Assembly: GCA_019358935.1 (NCBI GenBank)
Contig: JAHHIK010000055.1
Coordinates: forward strand, 1 to 55,518
Length of the DNA: 55,518 bases
DNA from: Tolypothrix carrinoi HA7290-LM1
GTDB lineage: Bacteria > Cyanobacteriota > Cyanobacteriia > Cyanobacteriales > Nostocaceae
Direction: 5' to 3'
The notes under the pieces are model-generated. The model did not search any database. It worked only from the letters and a program-made list of their open reading frames with translations, and was not told where the DNA came from. Below are positions 11,401-22,100 of this stretch, piece by piece (positions within the stretch are counted from its first letter, which is position 1; each line of letters opens with the position of its first letter). A program made the position numbers and the translations under genes.

Positions 11401-13142
11401 ACAGTACGCAAATCCATTCCGATGTGAGGTTTGAGCAATTGACTACAGTAATCGACTTGCTCTCTAAAAATAGGCTCACTTTCGTAGAGTTCCCTGCCCA
11501 TATTAACGTACTGCGCTCCCTGCCCGGAAAACATAAACACAACAGGTCGAGCTTTGGTCTCTATGAAGCTTGTAAAAACTTGTTTTGGATCTAGGGGATT
11601 AAGTGCGATCGCTACCTCGTTAATCTCTTGGCAAACCAGCATCCGTCGATGGTCGAAACCCTGGCGACCGATGCTTTGCGTGTAAGCAACATCAGCGAGG
11701 TTAATTTCAGGATGCTGTTTTAAGTGTTTGACCAAATTTGCAGTTGCAGTATCAAGTGCAGAGTCGGTTTTGGCTGAGAGAACCAGCAACTGCCAAGGTC
11801 TAGATTTTCCAGAAGATTCAATAGTAGGGGCTTCTTCTAGGATGACATGGGCATTAGTACCGCCGATGCCAAAAGAACTGACCCCAGCTCGGCGCTTAGT
11901 TTCGTCGGTTTTCCATTCGCGCAGAGTCGTGTTGACGTAAAAGGGACTATTGGCAAAATCAATCTTGGGATTGGGCTTTTCAAAGTGTAGCGTCGGTGGC
12001 AGCAACTTGTGTTTAAGCGCAAGGACTGTTTTGATCAGACCCGTTACACCAGCAGCAGCATCTAAATGTCCAACATTTGTTTTCACCGAACCGATCGCAC
12101 AGAAACCCTTCTTTTGGGTTGTACCACGAAAAGCTTGTGTCAGCGCGGCGATTTCAATCGGGTCTCCCAGAACTGTTCCGGTTCCGTGGGCTTCTATATA
12201 GGTGATTGTTTCGGTCTCAATGCCAGCTATAGCCTGAGCCTCTGAAATCACTGCTGATTGACCTTCCACACTAGGAGCAGTATAACCAACTTTTGACGAA
12301 CCGTCGTTATTGATAGCTGAACCTTTTATGATTGCATGGATGCAGTCTCCATCAGCAAGGGCATCCGATAGGCGCTTCAGAAGGACGATTCCTACACCGT
12401 TGCCGCTAACAGTTCCCTGAGCTTGGGCATCAAAGGCTCGGCAGTGTCCATCGGGAGAAAAAATCATGCCTTCTTGATACAAATAACCTGCCTTTTGTGT
12501 AAGGCAGATTGAAACACCACCAGCTATTACCATATCACACTGGTAATTCAGCAAGCTTTGGCATCCCATTTGGACAGCCACTAATGACGTAGAGCAGGCA
12601 GTGCTAACGTTAACACTCGGTCCTTTGAGGTTCAGCTTGTAAGAGACTCGCGTAGGCACAAAGTCTTTATCATTGCTAATAAAAATTTGATAGGTGCCCA
12701 CCGATTCGATTTGGTCGCGGTTTGAGACTAAGTTATGGAGCAAGTAGGTATTCAAACCGGCACCAGCGTAAACACCAATTTGACCATTGTATGTTTCAGA
12801 GTTGTAACCAGCATTTTCAAGAACCTCCCAAGCACACTCCAAAAAGAGGCGGTGTTGGGGGTCCATAACTTCAGCTTCCTTAGGTGTAAAGCCGAAGAAT
12901 GACGCATCAAACATCTCTACGTCTGACAACAAAGCATTTGCTTTGACATAGTTTTGGTCATTCAGTAAAGCTGGGTCTATGCCTGAAGCCTCTAATTCCT
13001 CATCAGTGAAAAATGAAATGGACTCCACACCGTCGCGTAGATTTTGCCAAAATTCATTAACATTTTTGGCTCCCGGAAAACGACCAGCCATGCCAATTAT
13101 AGCTATAGGTTCCAAACCATCTTGTGTTTCCCAGTTATCCAT
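8454..13142 (-). CDS. cis-AT type I PKS module KS(post-NRPS type)-AT(malonyl)-KR-ACP
   Basis: KS NDKDFVPTRVSYKLNLKGPS...TACSTSL; AT GHSIGEY/HAFHS; KR GGLGGIG, YCAAN, no LDD; carrier GGNSL; basic C-terminal tail. Confidence 0.95.
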   Translation of the reverse strand: MDNWETQDGLEPIAIIGMAGRFPGAKNVNEFWQNLRDGVESISFFTDEELEASGIDPALLNDQNYVKANALLSDVEMFDASFFGFTPKEAEVMDPQHRLFLECAWEVLENAGYNSETYNGQIGVYAGAGLNTYLLHNLVSNRDQIESVGTYQIFISNDKDFVPTRVSYKLNLKGPSVNVSTACSTSLVAVQMGCQSLLNYQCDMVIAGGVSICLTQKAGYLYQEGMIFSPDGHCRAFDAQAQGTVSGNGVGIVLLKRLSDALADGDCIHAIIKGSAINNDGSSKVGYTAPSVEGQSAVISEAQAIAGIETETITYIEAHGTGTVLGDPIEIAALTQAFRGTTQKKGFCAIGSVKTNVGHLDAAAGVTGLIKTVLALKHKLLPPTLHFEKPNPKIDFANSPFYVNTTLREWKTDETKRRAGVSSFGIGGTNAHVILEEAPTIESSGKSRPWQLLVLSAKTDSALDTATANLVKHLKQHPEINLADVAYTQSIGRQGFDHRRMLVCQEINEVAIALNPLDPKQVFTSFIETKARPVVFMFSGQGAQYVNMGRELYESEPIFREQVDYCSQLLKPHIGMDLRTVLYPNEEQTQQAAQYLLQTAITQPALFVIEYALAQLWIAWGVHPEAMIGHSIGEYVAATVAGVFSLDDALALVAKRGKLMQQLPQGGMLSVQLPEQQVKPLLTKELSLAASNAPSYCVVSGSLSAVEQLQQQLQEKGVACRQLHTSHAFHSQMMEPIIQPFTQLLQLVKLNPPQIPFVSNVSGTWITATEATDPNYWARHLRQPVHFNEGIAQLVQTHERILLEIGPGRTLSTFALQHQTEKLAVLTSMRHPQEQQSDVAFLLNTLGRLWLLGVEIDWSSFYTHEQRHRIPLPTYPFERQPYWIKPNPSFAQATVSQEPLHKKPNIADWFYVPRWKESTPPELFQNGELAGQKLCWLVFVDAYGIGEEIAKRLEQQGQDAIAVTMGQQFTKLNDRTYAINPQQPDDYNALFQALQKQDLNPNAIAHFWSVTPNDTLLNNKLDELTKSPHQFFEDFQNLGFRSLLFLAQAVGEENITDPIKLMVVTSNIYDVTGEERLCPEKATVLGPCKVIPQEYPNLTCCCIDVVIPYSETPTQQLVDNLLTEFTVQTSENIVAYRGHHRWVQTFEKIHLDDNIAGKTRLKQEGVYLITGGLGGIGLVLAEYLAKTVQAKLILIGRKELPERSHWSEWLATHDSQDAVSRKLQKVLALEELGAQVQLKSADVANPEQMQAVIAQALKQFGQINGVIHAAGIAGGGVVQLKTLDTATSVLAPKVNGTLVLEEALKNINLDFFVLCSSISSILGDFGQVDYCAANAFLDVYAQRHATKSGQFTVSINWDAWQEVGMAVETAVPDQIKQGREESLKKGILPQEGVEAFGRILRIKQPQIVVSTKDLQSVIDQNNSFQLRGKELALLSEKLATANLDKPTYPRPNLGNNYVAARNEVEQIVAEIWQQVLGIEKVGIHDNFFDLGGNSLISIQVISQMQKELNIQIPLVSLYKSPTVSSLAEILSGDENQDLLGESSFDRGQKRREKKKQRQRISK

Positions 13143-16100
13143 TGGTTTTCTTCCTTTGTTTCATAAGTGGTCGTCGTTTTAGAGCTTCTATTTGCTTGCT
13201 GGCACGGTCATTGATTTTCTGCAAAGTAGGTGTTTCCACATCATGTTTCTGGCTGAGATATTGTGCCAAAGAACTTATACTTGGATATTTAAACAAGTCA
13301 ACTACTGAGATTTCCCTGTTAATGTTTTCTAGTAACTTGTGATGAAGTTTGTTATGAACTTGGATGATCAGGAGTGAATGACCACCAACTTCAAAGAAAT
13401 TGTCGTGGACACCTACTTTTTCTAGATTCAGCACCTCTTGCCATACAGCAGAAATAAGTCGCTCTACCTCGTTTCGAGGTGCAACGTACGCTTCCACCTC
13501 TAGTCTAGTTTGGTCGGGATCTGGTAGTGCCTTGCGGTCAACTTTACCATTGGGTGTGAGTGGCAGGGTATCAAGCACTACAAAAGAAGTTGGCACCATG
13601 TAATCGGGCAGTTGCTGTTTGAGGAACGATCGCAACTGTGCAATCTCTGGTGCTGCCTCACTCTGGGGTAGCAGATAGGCAACTAAGCGCTTATCACCCG
13701 CAATCTCTTTGGCAATGACAACGGCTTGTTGCACAGTTGGGTGTTGGCTCAACAGTGCCTCAATTTCGCCCAATTCGATACGGAAGCCACGTACCTTTAC
13801 TTGGTAGTCAATGCGTCCGAGATACTCAATGTTGCCATCTATTAAATAGCGGACTAAATCCCCAGTTTTGTATAATCTTTGACCAGCATCCCCAAACGGG
13901 TTGGGAATGAACTTATCGGCAGTTAACTCTGGTCGGTTGAGGTAGCCCCGCGCCAAGCCATCGCCACCGATGTGCAATTCACCCGGTACGCCTACTGGTA
14001 CTGGTTGCAGATGGGTGTCGAGGATGTAGAATTGGGTGTTGGCGATCGCTCCTCCGATGGACACCGACCCAGAACCTGCCTGAACTTGGGATACCGCTGA
14101 CCAAATGGTGGTCTCTGTCGGACCGTACATATTCCACAGGGTATCCGTGCGCTCAAGTAATTGCGCTGCAAGTTCCCGGGATAAAGCTTCGCCACCGCAG
14201 AGTATTTTCAATTGCGGGTTACCCAAAAAGCCTGCTGAAGTCAGCATTCGCCAAGTGGCGGGTGTGCCTTGCATCACCGTGGCGCTTGCTGCCGCCAAGG
14301 CAGTGCTTTGACCGCCGTCGGCAATAATATCGCGGGTTAGGACGACGCGTGCGCCTAAGCTTAACGGTCCGAACAACTCCAACGCGGCAATGTCAAAGGT
14401 AATGGTCGTCACCGCCACCAGCACATCTTCGGACACAATTCCTGGTTTGTGGGACATTGAGCTTAAGAAATTGACCACGGCGCTGTGGCGAATTTGTACT
14501 CCTTTGGGTCGTCCGGTGGAGCCGGAGGTGTAAATGGCATAAGCCAAGTTCTCGGCGCTGACGTTGCTGTTGGGGTTGGATGAGTTGTACTCCTTGGGCG
14601 AATATGAGTCCAAGTAGACAATATGCCCGTGGGTGTCGGCTAGAAGGTCTGCTAAATGTTGTTGTGTCAGTAGCACTTCTACACGGGCATCTTCTAAAAT
14701 GTACGCCAATCGCTCTCTTGGGTAGATCGGGTCGAGGGGCACATATGCGCCACCCGCTTTGAGAATTGCCAGCAGTCCCACCACCATCTCACTAGAGCGT
14801 TCCGTGCAAATACCGACTAACACTTCCGGTTTTACACCCAATGCTTGTAGGTGGTGTGCCAGTTGGTTGGCTTTGGCGTTTAACTCGCGATATGTGAGTT
14901 GTTCCGAATCAAACACAACTGCCACCGCATCGGGTGTTAAGTGAACCTGTTGCTCAAACAACTGATGCAGACATAATTGTTTGGGGTAGTCGGCTTGGGT
15001 GTTGTTCCACTCCCGTAATATCTGGTGTTGTTCGCTGGCAGTTAGCAGTGGTAGGTCTGATAGCTTTTGCTGTGGATTGACAACGACAGCTTCGAGTAAA
15101 GTTTGATAATGCCCTACCATCCGCTCAATTGTGGCGGCATCAAACAAGTCAGTGTTGTATTCAAAAAAGCCGCTTAATCCAGCGCTTGTGTTCTCCAGAA
15201 CTAAAGTTAAATCAAACTTGGCTGTAGAACTTTCGATTGGCAACGCACAGAGGGTTAAGTCGGTCAGTTCCAATTCTGGCATCGGTGCATTTTGCAGCAC
15301 AAACATCACTTGGAACAGTGGTGTATAGCTTAAAGAACGCTGCGGCTGCAATTGCTCGACTAACTGTTCAAAGGGTAGGTCTTGATGAGCGTAAGCTCCC
15401 AGTGCTACTTCCCGCATTTGCGACAGGAAATCGCTAAAACTGGGGTTGCCAGATAAATTGCTCCGCAGCACTAAAGTGTTGACAAATAAACCAATTAACC
15501 CCTCTATTTCACTGCGATTGCGGTTGGCAATTGGCGTGCCAACGCAGATATCAGTTTGCCCGCTGTAACGACTCAGCAATGTTTGGAACGCTGCTAAGAG
15601 TGTCATGAACAGCGTCACTTCTTGTTTCTGGCTGAAGGCAGCGATCGCTGCACTCAGTTGAGAGGAGAGTGAGAATGTCTGTGTTGCCCCCTTGTAAGTT
15701 TGAATCGCAGGTCGCGGTCGGTCGGTGGGCAGTTCCAACAAAGCCGGAACACCCGCAAGTTGTTGCTGCCAGTATGTCAATTGCTGTGCCAGCACTTCTT
15801 GTTGCAACCACTGCTGCTGCCAGACAGCAAAATCAGCATATTGTATGGGCAACTCTGGTAGCGCAATTGGCATTTCGTTGCACCCAGCTTGATAGACTGC
15901 TGCTATCTCCCGAATAAGTACGCCGATTGACCACCCATCTGAAACTATGTGGTGCATCACCAACAGCAGGACGTGTTCTTTTTCTGTAAGCTGGAACAAA
16001 CTAGCCCGCATTAACAGATCGCTTGCCAAGTCAAACGGTTGTGCTGCTTCTTCAATGATTAATTGTCGGCAAGCGATTTCCCGCCCTGTGGGTTCTAGCT

Positions 16101-19100
16101 GTTGCAAGTCGTAGACTGCTAGTGGTAAGGTCGAGCTGCTGGCAATCACTTGCATTGGTTGCCCATTTACCTGAATAAAGTTGGTGCGTAGGGCTTCGTG
16201 GCGGTTGATGATCTGATTGAGACTTTGCTCAAGGGCAGCGACATTGAGCTGACCTTGAAAACGCATCGCCACTGGAATGTTGTAAAAGCCGCTTTCTGGC
16301 TCAAACTGCTGTAGGAACCACAAGCGCTGTTGAGCAAACGACACTGGCATTTCAGGTTGCCGTGGGACTCTGACAATTGGTGTTTGTCTTTGTTGTCCGG
16401 TTTGCTGTACTGTGGCAATGTACTCAGCTAAGGCGGCAACAGTAGGTAACTCAAACAAGCTACGCAATGGTAATTCCACGGAGAATGTGCTTTGTAGGCG
16501 CGACATCAGTTGCGTTGCCAGTAACGAATGTCCTCCCAAGGTAAAGAAGTTGTCATGGACACCCACACGCTCTACACCCAGCAGCGATGCCCAAGTATTG
16601 GCGAGCATTTCTTCAATGGGTGTTCTGGGAGCAACAAAGTTGTGTGATTCAAGTTGTCCGGAGGGATCTGGTAGTGCCTTGCGGTCAACTTTACCATTAG
16701 GTGTGAGTGGCAGGGTATCAAGCACCACAAAAGAAGTTGGCACCATGTACTCGGGCAGTTGCTGTTTGAGGAACGATCGCAACTGTGCAATCTCTGGTGC
16801 TGCCTCACTCTGGGGTAGCAGATAGGCAACTAAGCGCTTATCACCCGCAATCTCTTTGGCAATGACAACGGCTTGTTGCACAGTTGGGTGTTGGCTCAAC
16901 AGTGCCTCAATTTCGCCCAATTCGATACGGAAGCCACGTACCTTTACTTGGTAGTCAATGCGTCCGAGATACTCAATGTTGCCATCTATTAAATAGCGGA
17001 CTAAATCCCCAGTTTTGTATAATCTTTGACCAGCATCCCCAAACGGGTTGGGAATGAACTTATCGGCAGTTAACTCTGGTCGGTTGAGGTAGCCCCGCGC
17101 CAAGCCATCGCCACCGATGTGCAATTCACCCGGTACGCCTACTGGTACTGGTTGCAGATTGGCATCGAGGATGTAGAATTGGGTGTTGGCGATCGCTCCT
17201 CCTATGGACACCGACCCAGAACCTGCCTGTACTTGAGACACCGCTGACCAAATGGTGGTCTCTGTCGGACCGTACATATTCCACAGGGTATCCGTGCGCT
17301 CAAGTAATTGCGCTGCCAGTTCGCGATCGAGGGCTTCACCACCGCAGAGTATTTTCAATTGTGGGTTGCCAAGGAAGCCGACTTGAAGGAGCGTTCGCCA
17401 AGTAGCTGGTGTGCCTTGCATCACTGTGGCGCTTGATGTCGCTAAGGCGGCAGTGCTTTGACCACCATCGGCAATCAGATCGGGGGTGAGGACGAGGCGT
17501 GCGCCTCTGCTCAATGGACCGAACAACTCCAACGCGGCAATGTCAAAGGTGATAGTCGTCACCGCCACCAGCACATCTTCGGACACAATTCCCGGTTTGT
17601 GGGACATTGAGCTTAAGAAATTCACCACGGCGCTGTGGCGAATTTGTACTCCTTTGGGTCGTCCGGTGGAACCGGAAGTGTAGATGGCATAAGCCAGGTT
17701 ATCGGCGCAGACATTGCTGTTGGGGTTGGATGAGTTGTACTCCTTGGGCGAATATGAGTCCAAGTAAACAACACGCCCATGTACATCCGGCAGTTTGTCC
17801 GCCACCGTAATTTGTGTGAGCAGTACTGAGGCACAGGAGTCTTCCAGGATATACGCCAGTCGCTCCGGTGGGTAGATCGGGTCGAGGGGTACATATGCAC
17901 CTCCCGCCTTCTGGATTGCCAGCAGTCCCACTAACATATCAGTAGAGCGTTCTGCACAAATGGCGACTAAGATTTCCGGTCCGACACCCAATGAAACTAG
18001 GTGATGTGCTAGTTGGTTGGCTTTGGCGTTTAACTCGCGGTATGTGAGTTGTTCATCTGAAAACACAACTGCCACAGCATCCGGTGTTTTCTCGACTTGT
18101 TGCTCAAATAACGAATGCAGGCACAAATATTTGGGGTAGTCGGCTTGGGTGTTGTTCCACTCCCGTAATATCTGGTGTTGTTCGGTGGCAGTTAGCAGTG
18201 GTAGGTCTGATAGCTTTTGCTGTGGATTGACAACAATTGCTTCTAGTAAAGTTTGATAATGTCCTACCATCCGCTCAATTGTGGCAGCGTCAAACAAGTC
18301 AGTGTTGTATTCGATTGACCCGTTGAATCCTCGCTCCGTGTTTTCTAGCGATAAAGTCAAATCAAACTTGGCTGTCTCGCTTTGAAGTGGCAATGGTACG
18401 AGCGTTAAGTCAGTCAGTTCCAACTCAGGCATCGGTGCATTTTGCAGCACAAACATCACTTGGAACAGTGGTGTGTGGCTTAAAGAACGCTCTGGCTGCA
18501 ATTGCTCGACTAACTGCTCAAAGGGTAGGTCTTGATGGGCGTAAGCTCCCAGTGCTACTTCCCGTACTTGCGACACTAAATCAGCAAAACTGGGATTGTT
18601 TGACAGATTACTGCGGAGTACTAAAGTGTTGACAAATAACCCAATTAACCCTTCTATTTCACTGCGATTGCGGTTGGCAATTGGTGTGCCAACGCAGATA
18701 TCAGTTTGCCCGCTGTAACGATACAGTAATGTTTGAAATGCTGCCAGCAACGTCATGAACAGGGTAACTCCCAGTCGCTGGCTCAAGGCAAACAGTGCCT
18801 CGCTGTGTTCAACAGAGATGGCGAATTCGAGAGTAGCCCCCCTGTAGGTTTGAATCGCTGGTCGTGGTCGGTCAGTTGGTAGTTCCAACAAAGCCGCAGC
18901 ACCCGCCAGTTGTTCCTTCCAGTATGTTAGTTGGGACTCAAGTACCTCCCCTTGCAACCACTGCTGCTGCCAATGAGCAAAGTCGGCATACTGAATCGGC
19001 AACTCTGGCAGTGCAATTGGCGTAGAGTTGCACTCCGCTTGGTAGACTGCTGCTAGCTCTCGCACAAGTACGCCCATTGACCAACCATCTGATACTATAT

Positions 19101-22100
19101 GATGTATCACTAGTAGCAGGACGTGTTCTGTCTCTCCTAGCTTGAGCAAACTAGCCCGCACTAACGGGTCAAGAGCTAGGTTAAACGGACGCGCTGCTTC
19201 TTCAATTGCCAATTGTTGGCAAGTGGTTTCTCGTTCCGTTTGGTTTAGCTGCTGCAAGTCTAGAACTTGCAGTGTTAAGGTCAAGCTGCTAGCAAACACC
19301 TGTATCGGTTGCCCATCTACGGTCACGAAATTGGTGCGTAAGACTTCGTGGCGGTTGACAATCTGATTGAGACTAAACGAGAGAGCCGCAACGTTAATCT
19401 GACCTTGAAAACGCATTGCCTCTGCGGTGTTGTAAAAGCCACTCTCAACTTCTAACTGCTGTAAAAACCACAAGCGTTGTTGGGCAAACGATAGTGGCAT
19501 TGACGACTGCCGTGGGATTCTAACAATTAAAGGAGCTTGTCTTGATTGTCCTTGTGAGAGTGTTGTATCGATGCACTCGGCTAAAGCAGCGACAGTGGGT
19601 TGCTCAAACAAACTGCGTAATGGTAAGTCCACGGCAAATGTGCTTTGCAACCGCGAAATCAATTGCGTTGCCAGTAAGGAATGTCCGCCGCTTTCAAAGA
19701 AATTGTCATAAATCCCCACACGTTCTACACCCAGCAGCAATGCCCAGATGCCAGCGAGTATCTCTTGTGTTGGCGTTCTCGGAGCCACAAAGTTGTGTGA
19801 TTCAGGTTGTGCTGTGGGTGTGGGTAAGGCACGACGGTCAACTTTGCCATTGGGTGTCAGTGGTAAGCTATCGAGCACCACAAAATAAGCGGGCACCATG
19901 TACTCGGGTAGCTGCTGATGTAGGAAGTCACGCAACTGTGTGGTGGTAGGTACTGACTGTGCGTGCGGAACAATGTAAGCTACCAAACGCTTGTCGTCTG
20001 CAATCTCTTTGGCAATGACAACGGCTTGTTGCACAGTTGGGTGTTGGCTCAAGAGTGCCTCAATTTCGCCCAATTCAATGCGGAAGCCACGTACCTTCAC
20101 CTGATGGTCAATGCGTCCGAGATACTCGATGTTGCCATCTATTAGGTAGCGGACTAAATCCCCAGTTTTGTACAAGCGACTCCCCGCATCGCCAAACGGG
20201 TTGGGAATGAATTTTTCAGCTGTCAACTCCGGTCGGTTGAGGTAGCCCCGCGTCAAGCCATCGCCACCAATGTGCAATTCCCCCGCGACACCCACTGGTA
20301 CTGGTTGTAAGTGCGAGTCTAGGATGTAAACTTGCGTGTTGGCGATCGCCTGACCAATAGGAATCGTGTTTTCAACCTTTCCTAGGAGATAGGTAGTAGA
20401 CCAGATGGTAGTCTCAGTAGGACCGTACATGTTGTAAAGTAACGATCGCATCCCAGTGAGATCCTCTGCCAGTGATACTGAAAGAGCTTCTCCACCGAGC
20501 ATAAGTTTCTTGAGCGATCCTAGGGCGTTAAGCGATTCCGGATTCATAGTCAGTATTCTTGCCAAAGCAGGGGTACACTGCATATGAGAAACACTGTGCC
20601 TTGTAATTTGTGCCGGTACTGAGTAGTCTTCTGCCTTTGTGCTTGTTGTTTTGTTACTGTTTTGCCTGACTATGTCCAGATAGTGAAGATTGGACATCAC
20701 CGAATCAAAGTCCATACCAAAATCAATCAAACACCCTAACTCGTCAACACCTACCGCCTTCAGTCGCTCAGTCATCTCCTGGCAAATAGTTGGTGTTCCA
20801 AAAAGAGCGCTAGTCTCAAAGTAGCGATTAAATGCATGAGATAAAATCACCTCCATATCATCTTCTGTGAAATCTTTGGAGTTGATATCTTTATTCATGC
20901 TTTGCGCCAAGCTTTTGAGCAAACCAACAGAAGATTTTAAATAGTTGCAAAAAGGCGTTCGGACTTTCTCGCGCACAGTATCAATATCTTCACCAACGAA
21001 AGTGTGAAGCATGAGTGTCACATGACCTGCACTTGCTCCATGACCAGACTTGCGCCAAGCGTCTCGATAAATCGCGATTTTTTCTGCCAGTTCCTCGATT
21101 GTCTGACCCAGTAAGTGAGTTAGTACGTTAGCTCCCATCTCACCTGCCATTTGAAATGTTTCTGGGTTGCCACTAGCGGTAATCCAAATTGGTAGTTTTT
21201 GCTGAAGCGGTCGTGGCAGAATCTTGACATCCACATTGTTTCCCGCACCGCCTTGCACAGAGACTGATTCTCCTCGCCAAAGCTTGTGAACGGTTTCGAT
21301 GTCGCGGCACATGATTTCCTTGCGACGCGTATAATTGTCTGGCGCAAATACAAAGTCATTCGCATGCCAGCCTGAGGCAAATGCAAGACCGACTCTGCCA
21401 TTCGACAGATTGTCCACCATCGACCATTCTTCAGCAACCCGAATTGGGTTATGAAGTGGTAAGACCACACTGCCTGCCCTGATTTGGATTCGCTCTGTGA
21501 TTGTTGCAATGGCAGCGCTGGTGACTGAAGGGTTGGGATAGAGACCTCCAAAATTATGGAAGTGACGTTCAGGTGTCCAAATTGCCGAGAAGCCGTGTTG
21601 ATCGGCAAATTTAGCACCTTCGAGCAAGAGTTTATATTTGTCTTGAGCCGTATCGTTTTCAGCGCTGGCAAAGTAAAACAGGCTAAAATCCATCTTTTTG
21701 GCTGCCAAGCGCGATCGCGCCGTGGCAGCAGAGGAAACGGCATCTTGTTCTCGCTGAATAACAACTTGAAATCCGCATGTCAGTGTCCAAAATAACTCCA
21801 ATACAGAAATGTCGAAACAGATGCTGGTAACTGCTAGCCAAGTGCCTGAAGCGTCGCCACCAATGCTGTCGTCCATTCCAGTAAAAAAGTTAACAACATT
21901 TTTGTGGCAAACCATTACCCCCTTCGGTTTTCCTGTGGAACCTGATGTGTAGATTACGTAGGCTATATTGTCACAAGTTACTCCACTCGTTAGGTTTGCC
22001 TCGCTCCGTTGGGCAATAAACTCCCAGTCTGAGTCCAAGTAAACAATACGCCCCTTGAAGTCGGGTAGTTTGTCCGCTACCGCCTGTTGTGTGAGCAGCA

